Shown piece after piece: positions 1-16,984 of a stretch of DNA of 64,000 bases. Both the position numbers and the translations under genes were made by a program. This DNA is from Dictyostelium discoideum (taxonomy: Eukaryota). Numbering within the stretch: position 1 is the stretch's first letter; each line of letters begins with the position of its first letter. The notes under the pieces were generated by a model. That model was not told the DNA's origin. It saw only the letters and a program-made list of their open reading frames with translations, and ran no database searches. Location: the NCBI GenBank assembly GCA_000004695.1, contig CM000150.2, positions 4,384,001 to 4,448,000 on the forward strand. Direction: 5' to 3'.

Positions 1-21
1 AAAAAAAAAAAAAAAAAAAAA

Positions 22-30
22 ATCCCATAA
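22..30 (+). promoter_or_regulatory. DUSE-like motif ATCCCATAA (consensus [AT]CCCA[CT]AA of the Dictyostelium upstream sequence element found ~60 nt upstream of ncRNA genes)
   Basis: Exact consensus match. A GC-rich block unusual for this genome starts ~55-60 nt downstream (pos 85 GGGTTTGGCACGAGGTGC) and ends in CCCCCTTTTT at 178-187. This is the only DUSE match in the window on either strand outside coding sequence. Confidence 0.2.
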
Positions 31-84
31 CCAAATCATAATTAATACTGGTTATTTCAGAAATTTATAATTTAATTATAATTG

Positions 85-187
85 GGTTTGGCACGAGGTG
101 CTATTCCCCAAGATAGATATTTATCAAAGTTATTGATATACTTTGCATTTATTATTTTGGAGAACATATAAGTTCTTCCCCCTTTTT
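85..187 (+). ncRNA. candidate small ncRNA of unknown class downstream of the DUSE-like motif
   Basis: GC-rich ~100-nt block (GGGTTTGGCACGAGGTGCTATTCCCC...TTCTTCCCCC) ending in a T5 run. The 5-prime G-run and 3-prime C-run could pair. It has no class I 11-nt motif and no C/D or H/ACA boxes, so its class is undetermined. Confidence 0.1.
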
Positions 188-589
188 AAATAAAAAAAAA
201 AAAAAAAAATTAATTAAAACCTTATTTAATATCCAATTCTCAAAGAATTTATCCCAATTTAATAGGTATCTCACTCATCAAATCATCTTCCAAAAACTAT
301 TCATGTGGACCAAAATCAAAACTCAACAACCTAAAAGAAATTGAAATTTATTACATTAAAGTGTATGAAATTTTAAGAAATTATTAAAACATATCAACCA
401 AGATAAATTAAAATATAATTTCAAAGTTTGGAAAAACTCCCAACCATTAAAAATAAAAAAAATAAATAAAAAGTTAAAAATAAAATTAATAATTAAATAA
501 TTAAATAATTGAATATAAAATAAAATAAATAATTTTTATTAATATTATTATTATTATTAATATTATTATTATTATTGTTAAATATAATT

Positions 590-620
<31 letters not shown>

Positions 621-628
<8 letters not shown>

Positions 629-1769
629 GAGTAAATGTAATTACAGTACTACTAGAAACAATATAACCAAATGATAAAGTTTGACCAGGACTAATTTGGT
701 TATTCCAACTTGTAAATGAAACAATATTTGAACTAACTAAATTCAATTCCCAAGATGATGATGGAGTTTTATCAATTGCAAATCTTGGAATAGGAATTGG
801 ACTACTTGATGGATTGGTTAATGTACAATCAACCAAAGTATTTGTATTTGTACCATCAAACCAAGTTTGTCTAATAGTTTGTTTAATAACTGCTTTAACA
901 TTTGATGATCCAGTTGTACTTGATCCACCAGTGGTTGTTGTTGTTGTTGTTGTTGTTGTTGATGGTTTAGTTGTAGTTGTTGATGAACCTGATCCACCAG
1001 TGGTTGTTGGTTTACTAGTTGTTGAACCTGTTCCAGTTGTTGTTGTTGTTGTTGATTGTGAAGCAGTTGTAGTTGAACTACCAATTGTTGAAATTGTTGA
1101 AACTTGACCAAGACAAATTTGATTACCATTTGGAGTGAATTTTGAAGGTGAAGAATTAATTTTTCTTAAATAATTCATTGTTTTTTGATTAACAGTTTTC
1201 CAATCTTCATATAAAATTGAATCAGTATCAGCAGAATCTGGATTTAAAGAGAAGAAAAGATGTGATTTCATATTTTTATCATTTAAATATTGAGTGAATC
1301 TATCCATAAATAATGAATTTTTAGTGGTGTTTACTTTACAACCCCATTCACCTAATAAAACTGCATATTGATTGGTTGGAACATTATCAGCCAAGAAACC
1401 AAATTCAGCGTCCCAAACGGTTGGCATATTATTTGGATAATCTGGAGCATTGAAAAATTCTTGATCGAAAACACTTGAACAATAGGTATGTGGAGCGTAG
1501 ACAACACGATTTGGTTGATTCAAATAAATTGGGAAACATCTTACTGGTGACATATTACCACCCCACCAATTATTATACATATTTGAACAAATTCCTTGAT
1601 TATTTTGAACACCTTCAATAAAATAAACACCATTGAAATTTGTTGATGAATCAATTTGATTTACAATTCTAACAAATGCTTTATCCCAATCTGTTGAAGG
1701 ATTACCAGTACCCCATGTAACTGGGTCATGTGGTTCATTTTTAATATCTAATGCCCATAAATTCCAACT

Positions 1770-1800
<31 letters not shown>

Positions 1801-2445
1801 TATTTAAAAAATTAAAATTAAATAATTAAAATAATTGAAATAATTGAAATAATTAAAAAAAAAAAAAAATACTTACTATTGTTTAAATAAATTTGTTAAA
1901 TTAATCCAAGAATCAATTACCATTTGTTCAGTATAATTTATACATACACCATCAACATTTTTAAAACATTCAGTTGTATACCAAAGTGGTGAAATATAAT
2001 CAGCTGGATCAAATCTATGTTGTTCAAGTACAATCAAAATACCACGTTTACCAGATTCAGAAGTTATATATTGTAATACTTCAAGTGCTGTCTTACCTTG
2101 TAAATTTGGATTTAAACTATAATTAATATGATTTGGATAACGTTTATTAATAAGCATATCAACTGAAAATGGTAAACGTAATGCATTGAAACCAGTTGCA
2201 ACTAAAATATCTAAAATTGATTCAACACTTTGACTTTGTAAACCACCTGGTGAAAATGTACCAGTTTCCATACCAAACCATGCAATACCTTGAATTGTAA
2301 TTTCTACACCATTCAATGTTAATTTACGATCACCACCACTTCTCCAACTTAAATTATCTTTATTCCAACATTGTTGACCATTTACAATAATTGTTAAAAA
2401 AAATGATAAATATAAACAAATAAATAATTTTAAATAATTATTATT

Positions 2446-2448
<3 letters not shown>
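621..2448 (-). CDS. secreted glycoside hydrolase family 5 (cellulase/endoglucanase-like) with Thr/Ser-rich linker and C-terminal putative carbohydrate-binding domain
   Basis: Two exons: 2448..1877 and 1767..621, with intron 1876..1768 (GTAAGT...AG, phase 2). N-terminal hydrophobic signal peptide. GH5 catalytic motifs DIKNEPH (NEP acid/base) and LGEWG (nucleophile). Long TTTTT/GSS linker encoded by (GTT)n-like repeats on the complement. Confidence 0.85.
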
Positions 2449-2501
<53 letters not shown>

Positions 2502-3585
2502 AAAAAATAAAAAAATAAATTAATTTATTTTTATTGTATAATTATTATTTTTTGTTTTTACAATTTTATTGATTTTATTAAATCTATAATATTTAATTAT
2601 ATATATTTATATATTTTTTTTTAAAAAATTGTTATTACTATGTGATTGTTATTTGTTAATTATTTCAAGAAAAAAAAAAAAATTAATTCTATTTATACAT
2701 ATTTTTTTTTTTTTTTTTCTTCTTATTTTTCTTGTTTTTTATTATTTATTTTTTATTATTTTTTTAACGTTTTGATTTATTTCTATTTATTTTATAATAT
2801 TGTTTTTTTAATTGTTTTTTTTATAATAAAAAATATTATTTTTTATTGGTTAATAATACTACTTGATGGGTGTGTATTCTATCCTCAATTAATAATAATT
2901 TTTTTAAAATTTCTATTTTGTTTTATTAATTTATTTGTGTATTTAGGTGTTTTAATTGTTATTCACCTATTGTGTGTGTATTTAAAATTTTTGTGTGTTA
3001 GTGGTGGTGTAAGTAGTGGTGTTGATTTAAAAGTGTGAAAATTTAAATTTTTCTGTTTGGGGGTAATAATTTATAAAAATAATATATAAATAATTAAAAA
3101 AAAAAAAAAAAAAAAAAAAACCTTTGATGTCAAATGTAATCTTCAATTTTAGATCCTATTGTAAATAAAATTTTTATTTAAAATTGTTTATATTTGTTAG
3201 TGTGTTTTTTTAAAATTAATATTTATTTTTAAAATTAATATTACAATCTGATTAAAAATTCTCACACACACTTAATAGATACTACCCTAAATGAAAAATT
3301 AGTGTGTGAATATTTGACAATAACCTATAAATAGAACCCATTAATAAACAAAGGGGCATTATTAACAATAAAAAAAATAACAATAGCTTTTTTTAAGAAA
3401 AATTAAAAAAATGAAAAAAAAAAAAAAAAAAAAAAATATAAAAGTTAAAATATGGTTTATTGTATATAAACATCAAATTTTTAGATGATGAAATTATTTG
3501 TGTATACTGACATCCAGAAAAAAATATCTCAAATAACCAATAATAATTTCACCCACTCACATTTATTTAAATTTATAAATTTTTT

Positions 3586-3632
<47 letters not shown>

Positions 3633-3798
3633 AATTAAATTTGGTTTGATGTTTTTCAAAAAAATTAATAATTTATTTTAAAAAATTACTCATTATTATG
3701 AGACAATAATATAAATTCTTTTAAAAAATAAAAAATAGATATATCAATTGATAAAAACTTACTCTATAAGATTAACACATAGTAAAACGTTAATTTCC

Positions 3799-3834
<36 letters not shown>

Positions 3835-4410
3835 GTGTGATATCTCGTCTTTCTTGATTTCAAGAAAATAGATCATTTGTAAATAAAATTTTATTTATTT
3901 TTTTTTTTTAATAATTTTTTTTATTTATTTATTTATTTAATTTTAATTTTAATAACAAATATTTGAAATAAATATTAATAATTACTATTTATTTATTAAA
4001 TTTATTTATTAATTTTATTAATTTATTAATAAATTTTATTTATTTATTAATTTTATAAATTTAATTATTAATTTATTTATTATTTATTTTATTTTATTTT
4101 ATTATATTTATTTTGTTTATTAATTTTATTTTATTTTATTTTATTTATTTATTAAATTTTATTTATTTTATTTTATTTTATTTATTTATTCCTCAAAGGT
4201 ACAATCATTTGTATATTTGTAAAAATTAGGTTTTCGCTATTATTGTTAATTTTTATTAATATGTAGATTAATTTATGAATTTTATTTTTGAGCTTATTGT
4301 TATTATTTTTTTTATTGTCAAAGAGTTGTTGTTAAAAATAATTATTTGAATTGTTATTGGTTTTTTTTTTTTTTTTTTACAAGATTTATTTAATACCAAA
4401 TAAATTATTA

Positions 4411-4543
4411 CAATGCTTTACGAAAATGAAAAAAAAAATTTATGATAATTGTGAAATAAAATAAAAAAAAACAAATACAAAATATATATTTAAAAATTAT
4501 CATAAATTTTTTTTTTTTCATTTTCGTAAAGCATTGTAATAAT
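4411..4543. repeat. near-perfect inverted repeat (hairpin): ~45-bp arms ATTACAATGCTTTACGAAAATGAAAAAAAAAATTTATGATAATT / reverse complement, ~38-nt spacer
   Basis: Arms at 4411-4456 and 4496-4543 are reverse complements of each other apart from an A/T homopolymer length difference. The repeat is intergenic between the GH5 and HGSNAT-like genes. Confidence 0.8.
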
Positions 4544-4571
4544 TAATCCTTTTTCCGATTTTAGGGATTTG

Positions 4572-4602
<31 letters not shown>

Positions 4603-4625
4603 TGTATCACTACTTGAAAAGGGTT

Positions 4626-4656
<31 letters not shown>

Positions 4657-5262
4657 AAAGGTCTTTGGGACCTCAATTATTAAAAAAAAAAACTTTTTTT
4701 TTTTTCAATTTCCCTAATAGAAATATAAATAGTGGTACATACATTAAACATAAAATTATTTTATGTGAATACAAAAATATTACTATGTGAAATACTATTT
4801 GTGGCTGTGTAACAAATAAATACACATTAAAAAAAAAAAAAAAAAACCAAAACTATATTTTTATCTACACACACAATATAAATAGATATATTCATATTTT
4901 TTTTTGTGCATGTATTATTCAATTAAAAAAAAAAAATTTTGCTTTCTTGACCTGTTTTAACTGTAAAGTAAAGTGCAGTGGCTTTAAAAAATGAAAAAAA
5001 ATTAAAAAATGAATAAAGATTTTTTTTTTCCCAATTGTTATCCGATTTTCCCAAAGATATTTATTTTTTTTTTTTATTTTATTTTATTTTAATTTTATTT
5101 TATACGATTTTTTTTTTAAAAAAAAAAAAAAAAAATTTTATTTTTTTTTTTATTTTTTTTTTTTGATCAATAGTCTAAACTAGTTAATTTTTATTTTTAT
5201 TTTATTTTTTTTTTTATTTATGCATAAACAAAAAAAAAAAAAAAAAAAAAAAGTTTTTACAT

Positions 5263-5483
5263 ATGATGGTGCCAAATTATAAAAATATACAAGATGAAGA
5301 GTCAAAACCATTGATTGAACATAGCAGTAGTACTCATATTAATCATGGAAAAGATACAAAAACTAAAATTATTGAATACCTTAAACCAGTTCAAAGAAGA
5401 ATGGGTAGTTTAGATGCTGTTAGAGGTCTAACTATTTTCGGAATGATGTAAATATTTACATTTTAAAAATTTTTAATTTATTT

Positions 5484-5544
<61 letters not shown>

Positions 5545-5779
5545 TTTATTAAAATTATAGTTTAGTTGATAATCAAGCTGGTAATGATGTTATTTGGCCA
5601 TTAAATGAAACTGAATGGAATGGTTTATCAACTGCTGATTTAATTTTCCCATCTTTTATTTTTATTAGTGGTTTTTCAATCGCTTTAGCTTTAAAGAATT
5701 CAAAAAATACAACATCAAGTAAGTAAAATAAATTTATTTTCTTTTATTTATTTATTTATTTTTTTATTAATTTATAAAT

Positions 5780-5842
<63 letters not shown>

Positions 5843-6889
5843 TAAATAGCATGGTATGGTATTATTAGAAGAACATTATTATTATTTTTTATTCAATGTT
5901 TTTTAAATTTAATGGGAGATCATTTTAATTTTACAACATTTAGAATTATGGGTGTTTTACAAAGAATTGCAATTTGTTATTTTTTTAGTTGTCTTTCTTT
6001 TCTTTGTTTTCCAATTTTCCTTCAAAGATTATTTTTATTAAGTGTAACTGTAACTTATATTTCAATTATGTATGCATTAAATGTACCAAAATGTGGTAGA
6101 GCAAATTTAACTCAAAATTGTAATGCTGGTGCTTATATTGATTCAAAAGTATTTGGTTTAAATATGTAAGTAGAAAAAAATAAAAATAAAAAAAATAAAA
6201 TATATGTGTGTATGTTTATTAATTATTATTTTTTTATTTTTTTTTTTTTTTTTTTTATTTTTAGAATGAAAGAAAGTAATTTAAATGGACCATATTATAA
6301 TGATCCAGAAGGTTTAATTTCAACAATGAGTTCATTTATTACAGCATGGATGGGATTAGAATTTGGTAGAATTTTTACAAGATTTTATAAAAAACATGAT
6401 TTTGGTAATACTGATATTATTGTAAGATGGATTTTATTGGTTATTTTATTTATGGTACCAGCGATTTCATTAGGTGCAACAGTTATGCCATTTAATAAAA
6501 AGATTTGGAGTTTTAGTTTTGCTTTATTTACAGTTGGTGCAAGTGGTTCATTAATTTTAATTGCATTTATTTTAATTGATGTTATTGATTGGGAATCATT
6601 AAAATGTGAAAAAGTTAGAAAAATAATCGATTTAATTATTAAACCAATGAAATGGATTGGTCAAAATCCAATCACAATCTATTCATTAATGGTTTTCATT
6701 GAAATCATTCTAATGTATTATATTAATGTTGGTTCAAATTCACTTTGGGTTCAAATTTATGAAAAAATGTATTTATCTTGGTTAAAAAATGGTTACTTAG
6801 CTTCAACTGTTTTTTCAATAGGTTGGTTAATATTTTTTATTTTAATTGCATATATTATGCAAAGAAATAAAATATTTATTAAACTTTAA
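5263..6889 (+). CDS. heparan-alpha-glucosaminide N-acetyltransferase-like multi-pass membrane protein (HGSNAT/DUF1624 family)
   Basis: Four exons: 5263..5447, 5561..5718, 5849..6165, 6265..6889. Conserved LDAVRGLTIFGMM...WNGLSTADLIFPSFIFISGFS block matches the HGSNAT N-terminal transmembrane region, followed by multiple hydrophobic helices. Exon phases are consistent across junctions. Confidence 0.85.
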
Positions 6890-7051
6890 AAAAATAATAA
6901 AAAAAAAAATAAAAAATAAATAAATTTAAAAAATTATTAAAAAATTTTGAAAATTAAAATATTTAATCATAAATAAATCTATATTTAGAAAATAAATTTT
7001 TATTAATTAAATATATTTTATTAATTTTTTTTTTTTTTTGGGAAAACACAC

Positions 7052-7096
<45 letters not shown>

Positions 7097-7157
7097 CATT
7101 TTATTTCAAAAAAAAAAAAAGATTCACATTAAAATAATAATTTAGAAAAAAAAAAAA

Positions 7158-7944
7158 ATGGTCAGACAATCAATTTCATTAAAAGCTGAATTAGAAGAAA
7201 TTCAAAATATTTTTCCAGCAACATATAAAATATTTTTTTTAAAGATTAAATGTTCAAATTGTGGTGAAATCCCAGATAAATGGATTGGTTTAGATAAATC
7301 AAATATTGAAGTCATTGGAAAATCAAATGTAAATTTAGCAAGTATGTTTGATATAAAAATAATTTATAAATGATTGAAATAAAAAAATTAAAAAATTAAA
7401 AAAATTATTAAGTAATTAAAATACTGATCAGTATTTTTATTCACTCATTTCAATTAATCATTTAATAAAATATATATATTAGCAAAATGTAAGGGTTGTA
7501 ATAGGGAAAATAGCATTGTAATTGAAGATACTGATTATTCATCAAGAACAATTGAATCAGAAAAAGATTTTGAAATTGCTAGATTTGATTGTAGAGGTGT
7601 TGAAATTGAAGAATTTGATCCAAGAGTAATAATACTATCAATATTAAATATTTAAATAATTTCAATTTTTAAAAACAATTACTAATAATAAATAATTAAA
7701 AAATAGGATAATTGGATTGTTGTCTCATCATCTGGTAAAGAATATAAAGATGTCGATTTAGAAGAGTAATTATAAATATTCAAATACAATATTTATATGT
7801 GATTGTTTTAACTAATAACCATTTTTTTTTTTTTTTTTTTATTATTATTATCTAAACAGAGGAGAATGGTCAGAATTTGAAGAAAGAACTTCAACTTCAT
7901 TAACTATTTTAAGTATTGAATCTTCTATTAAAAAAATCAAATAA
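7158..7944 (+). CDS. CXXC-motif zinc-binding protein (CZIB / UPF0587 / DUF866, human C1orf123 homolog)
   Basis: Four exons: 7158..7341, 7483..7625, 7707..7765, 7860..7944. Motifs KCSNCGE...KCKGCNRENS...FDCRG match the DUF866 family throughout. Confidence 0.8.
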
Positions 7945-8082
7945 AAACAAATTAAATACATGTATTTATTTAAAAAAAAAAAAAAAAAAACAAAAACAAA
8001 AACACTTTTGTCTTTAAACAATCAAAACTTTTTTTTTTTATTATTTTTATTTATTTTTTTTTTTTTCATTTTTTCATTTTTT

Positions 8083-8121
<39 letters not shown>

Positions 8122-8162
8122 TGTTTTTTATCAAAATTTTGCTTCAACCACACACAAAAATG

Positions 8163-8426
8163 ATGAGATTTTCAAAGTTAGTCAGATGTACTAATAGTAT
8201 CATCAAATCAAACCAAATTCAAAGATCATTTATCTCAACTTCATTTGTACAACAACAACAACCATCAAAATCAGTTTTAACTTTAAACAACAACAACAAT
8301 AAATATATTCAAAAGAGATCTTATGCATCTGGTAGTGAAGATGAACCATGGTTATTAGAAAAAGCTGGTAAAGTGTTTTACATTTTTTATTTTTTAATTA
8401 TACTATCTTATAGTTTTGTTTATTAT

Positions 8427-8457
<31 letters not shown>

Positions 8458-9068
8458 CATACTAACAATGAAATTTTAATTTTTATATAAATATTACAGA
8501 TCCATCAATTCTTCAAGATGATCGTAGGTTTCAATTTTATTTATTATAGAGTTTTAGAAATTATTTTGATAATTATGATGATTACATGTTAACACATACA
8601 TATTTAAATTCATACACACATATACATATATATTTATATTATAGATCCAGGTTATCCATTTTCAGAATTAGTAGATACAACACTTCCAGAATTTAGCATT
8701 CAAGAAGTCTCTCGTCATAATTCAAGAGAGGATTGTTGGATTATCATTAATGAAAAAGTTTACAATGTTTCCTCATATGTTTCATCTCATCCAGGTGGTG
8801 ATATGATTTTACAAGTAAATATTATTATTATTATTTATTTATTAATAAATGGTTTTCATAACCATTAAATCATTTTTAATTATTAATTATTATTATTATT
8901 ATTATTATTTCTATAGAATGCAGGTGGTGAATCAACAACTTTATTCAAAGAAGCACCAATGACTTCATATGCACATGTTATCATGAAAGATTTTCATATT
9001 GGATATTGTCGTCATCAAAGAAGATTTGATGGCTTCACTCCAAGACAACATGACGAAGATCATCACTA
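8163..9068 (+). CDS. cytochrome b5-like heme-binding domain protein with N-terminal mitochondrial-type presequence
   Basis: Exon 1 from 8163 carries the presequence MMRFSKLVRCTNSIIKS. Internal exon ~8645..8814 encodes EVSRHNSREDCWIIINEKVYNVSSYVSSHPGGDMILQ, with the HPGG heme-binding motif. Last exon is 8917..9068. The exon-1 donor (8367 vs 8372) and a possible 24-nt mini-exon at 8500..8523 are ambiguous. Confidence 0.7.
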
Positions 9069-9509
9069 AATTCATTTAATCTATACTACTATTATTATTT
9101 TTATCATCATACCAATCCGAATTTTCTCATTTAAAAAAAGAAAAGAAAAGAAAAAGAAAAAGAAAAAAAAAAAGAAAGAAAAAAAAAAAAAAAAAACCAA
9201 GTAATATATAAAAAAAAAAAAAGAATAAAATATAAACTAAAAAAAAAAAAAAAAAAATAAAAATAAAAAAAGAGAATTTTATTTATACTTTTTTAATTTT
9301 TATTTATAGATTTTTATTTTTAATTTTATTTAAACATTTTTTTTTATTTTATTTTTATTTTTTTTATTATTTTTTTTTTTTCTTTTTTTAACTACACACA
9401 TGCAATATTTATGAAATCTGTACTTCATTTAAAATTTATTTTTCGTTTTTTTTTGAAAATAAAATAAAAAATAAATAAAAAATAAATAAAAATTTTTTTT
9501 TTTTTTTGA

Positions 9510-9543
<34 letters not shown>

Positions 9544-9808
9544 CATTTCATTTCCTATTGCATATATGTGGTAATATCGTTAACAGATTTTAATATTACT
9601 AATATTGTAGAAAATGATTTTAAATAAAGTAGCAAGTAAGTTTATATTAATGAATATTCATAAAAAAATAAAAAATAAAGAATTTTAAAAAATTAAAAAA
9701 TTTTATTTTATTTTATTTTCTCTTTTTTTTTTATTTTATTTTTATTTTATAAAAACATAATTATTAATTTATTTATCCTTTTAAAAAAAAGAATGTTATG
9801 GTAAACAA

Positions 9809-11336
<1,528 letters not shown>

Positions 11337-11637
11337 ATTAAATTAAATAAAATAAAAATAAAATAAAATATAAAAAAAAAGAAAAAAAAAATATTAATAA
11401 TAATATAATAATAATAATAATTATAATTATAATAATGTTTTTACAATCAAATTGTTTATTATTTATTGATTTTTTTTTTTTTTTTTTAATATAAAATTTA
11501 TTTTAAATATATGTAAAACTTAATTATAGCATCAATTAATAAATTTAAATTAATTATAAATAAAAAAAATAATTTAAAATAAATAAATAAAAAAAATGTT
11601 GGCCATTGTTTTAATATTTTTTTTTTTTTGTTTAATT

Positions 11638-11678
<41 letters not shown>

Positions 11679-11944
11679 AAAAAAAAATTGTAATTATCTG
11701 TTTTTTTTTGTTTTTTACTTTTTTTATTTTTATTTTTATTTTTTTATTTTTTATTTAATTATTATTATTATTAAACTAAGTTTTAAGATAATATTTATTT
11801 TTTCCACAAATTAATTAAATTAATTTAAAATCTTTTTTTATTTTTTTATTTTTTTTTTTATTGCCAAATTAAAATTTTTATTTTTTTATTTTTTTATAAT
11901 TATTTCAAACAACAGATAATAAATAAAGAAATAAATTGTAAAAA

Positions 11945-12774
11945 ATGGGTAAAACAAATAAAAAAAAAATTGAAGAAGAATCAGAAGAAGAAGAAGCAGG
12001 AGATGTTTTTGAAGTTGAAAAAATTTTAGATAAAAGAGTTCAGGTAAGATATTAAAATGGACTGAAATAAAAATTTAATAATTAATAAAATAAATTAAAA
12101 TCTAAAAATATACTAACCAAAAGGTTTTTTTTTTTTTTAATTATAAAAAAAAGCATGGAAGAATTCAATATAATATAAGATGGAAAGGATTTTCAGCAGA
12201 TTATGATACATGGGAAGATGAAGCTAATGTTGTAGGTTGTCCAGAACTTGTAAGAGAATTTGAAAGTTCAAGAATTAAAGAAAAAAAAAAAAATAGAAAA
12301 AGAAAAAATGTTATAATTGATGAAGATCCAACAGAAGAAATATCGTCATCATTATCATCAATATTATCATCACCTCAACCACAACCACCACCACCATTAC
12401 AACTAACCAACCACTCACCAGCATCATCAGAATTGGCAATAACAACAAATACTTTTTTAATTTCTAATTGTACATCAACATCTAATAAAACAAAAATTTC
12501 AATAGAAAATGAAGAAATTATTAAAAATGACCATGCAAGATATGGTGTACCATATGTTGAAGGTATTGGTTTTGAAAATGGTGATTGTGTTGATGAGATT
12601 GTTGGATGTAAACCCTTTGGTGAAAACAATTTATTATATTTCTTTATTAGGTGGAGAGGTAAAGAAAAATTATCATGGGTATCAAATGAATCCATTAAAC
12701 AGAAAGAACCCTTACAATTAATTGAATTTTATGAAAGTAGACTTAAATTTGGTTATAAAGGTGAAGAAAATTAA
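11945..12774 (+). CDS. HP1-like heterochromatin protein (chromo domain + chromo shadow domain)
   Basis: Two exons: 11945..12043 and 12154..12774. Chromodomain VFEVEKILDKRVQ/HGRIQYNIRWKGFSADYDTWEDEANV. C-terminal chromo shadow domain GCKPFGENNLLYFFIRWRGKEKLSWVSNESIKQKEPLQLIEFYESRL. Likely one of the Dictyostelium hcp genes. Confidence 0.8.
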
Positions 12775-13166
12775 AAAAAAAAAAAAATAAAACATTTGTA
12801 TATTTAAAATCATTAAAAAAAAGGTTTTGTTTTTTTTTTTCAAAAAAATAATTAATAAAATATTTAATTATTTTATATATATATTTTGGAATAAAAAGAA
12901 AACAAATAAAAATATTTAACTAAAAATATTGAAAAACAATAAAATTCAGATAAATAATATAAATGATTTATTTATAAATTCAAATACTAATAAAAATAAT
13001 AATAATAATAATTATAGTTATAATTAAAATAATAAATAAAAAATAAAAACTCAAAATAATATCAAAACTTAAATCAATTGATTTAACTATTTTTATAATT
13101 TAAAAAAAAAAAAAAAAAAAAATTATTATTTTATTTTTATAAAAATTATTAATTAAATATTAATTA

Positions 13167-15472
<2,306 letters not shown>

Positions 15473-15858
15473 CTGTATATTATTATTTTGATTATTATTA
15501 TTATTATTATTATTATTATTTATTTTTTTTAGTAATAGAAACTCATATTATTATGTGTATCTTCTTTAATTTATTGGTTTTTAATTTTTTGTAGTCATAT
15601 GAATATTTTTTTAATTATAAAAAAAAAAAAAAAATAAAAAGAAAATTTTAATTTTAAAAATTTCAAAAAAAAAATAATTAAAAAAAAAAAAAATAAAAAA
15701 AAAAATAAAAAAAATAAAAAAGTTGGGAAAAAAAGAGAATTGATAATAAAAAAAGAATTAATATCATTTTTTGATTTTATTGTTTTTAATTCACCTTTTA
15801 TCATTTAAAATTATTTATATATAAATTTAAATATATATATGAACATTATTATTATTAT

Positions 15859-15909
<51 letters not shown>

Positions 15910-16103
15910 CATTTAATTTAATTAATTTAAATTTTAAAAGGAAAAAAATTAAAAATAAATTTAAAAATTATTAAAAAAAAAAAAATAAAAATAAAAAAAA
16001 ATAAAAAAATTTTCGTTCGTTTTTTTTTTTTAATTTTTTTTATTTTCAATTTTTTTCTTTTTAAAATATATTTATATTTATATAAATTATAAAAAAATAC
16101 AAA

Positions 16104-16817
16104 ATGAATTATAGTAATATTGTACAACAAAATTTAGAACAACAAATTCAACAACAACAAATTCAACAACAACAAGAACAAAATTTACGTGAACAACAAA
16201 TTAGACAACAAATTGAAGAACAAATAAAGAGAGGTCAACAAAACCAAGAAACAACACAAGTTGATAATAGACCAGAAGGCGAATATTGGCAAATTTTTGA
16301 TCAAGCAGTATTAAGAATCTTTAAAGAATGGACAGCACTTCAATTGGCAATCACCAATGAATGGGGTGGTAATAAAACCTCTGAAAGAGCTGAAGATATG
16401 AGACAAGATGTTTTAGATTTATTTTTAATGGGTAAACAAGTTTATTCTGATCAAATTGAAAAGATCTTGGATGAATGTTTATCTCAAGATTTAAATACAG
16501 TTGCTGAAGATGATAGTTGTAAACAAGTTGCAACACTTATTATTCAATGTTATAATTTAGCAATCAATGGTGCCTATAATGATATGGTGTCACTTTTAGG
16601 TCCTGAAACTGCTTCTGTAATTAGTAGTTGTATTAAAGGTGCTGGTAATGATTCTGATGATGAAATTGATGCTCCTGAATCTGAAATGGGTGATGATGAT
16701 TATGATGATGAAATGATGGATGATGATGATAATAATGATAATAATAATAATAAACCAAAAAAATATAGTGAACCTGATGAAGATGGTTGGGTAACTGTAA
16801 ATTCAAAAAGAAGATAA
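16104..16817 (+). CDS. tsr2: pre-rRNA processing protein TSR2 homolog
   Basis: Single exon, 237 aa. TSR2 signature FKEWTALQLAITNEWGG and an acidic C-terminal tail. Confidence 0.85.
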   Translation: MNYSNIVQQNLEQQIQQQQIQQQQEQNLREQQIRQQIEEQIKRGQQNQETTQVDNRPEGEYWQIFDQAVLRIFKEWTALQLAITNEWGGNKTSERAEDMRQDVLDLFLMGKQVYSDQIEKILDECLSQDLNTVAEDDSCKQVATLIIQCYNLAINGAYNDMVSLLGPETASVISSCIKGAGNDSDDEIDAPESEMGDDDYDDEMMDDDDNNDNNNNKPKKYSEPDEDGWVTVNSKRR

Positions 16818-16951
16818 AAATAAAAAAATAAAAAAAATAAAAATAAAAATTTATGTAAAATTCTAAAATTAAAAATTAAGGTTTTTAAGATTTATTTATT
16901 TATTTTACAATATCCAAATAAATTTTTTTTTTTTTTTAAAAAAAAAATCTT

Positions 16952-16984
<33 letters not shown>

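Noticed and set aside
2646-3038. 130-aa ORF rich in F/I/L/Y/K
   Set aside because: It is an AT-rich intergenic artefact with no ATG context, no domain and extreme low complexity. The same applies to 7960..8465, 15595..16130, 24076..24436, 28058..29031, 39254..39819, 43561..43812, 44716..44913, 47755..47982 and 52465..52668.
6647-6660. Extra copies of AAATGGATTGGT (the core of the shared 49-mer) in the HGSNAT-like gene and in the CZIB gene (7278-7291)
   Set aside because: Both encode a KWIG peptide with the most common Dictyostelium codons. The similarity does not extend beyond 12-14 nt, so it is codon-driven coincidence rather than additional copies of the element.
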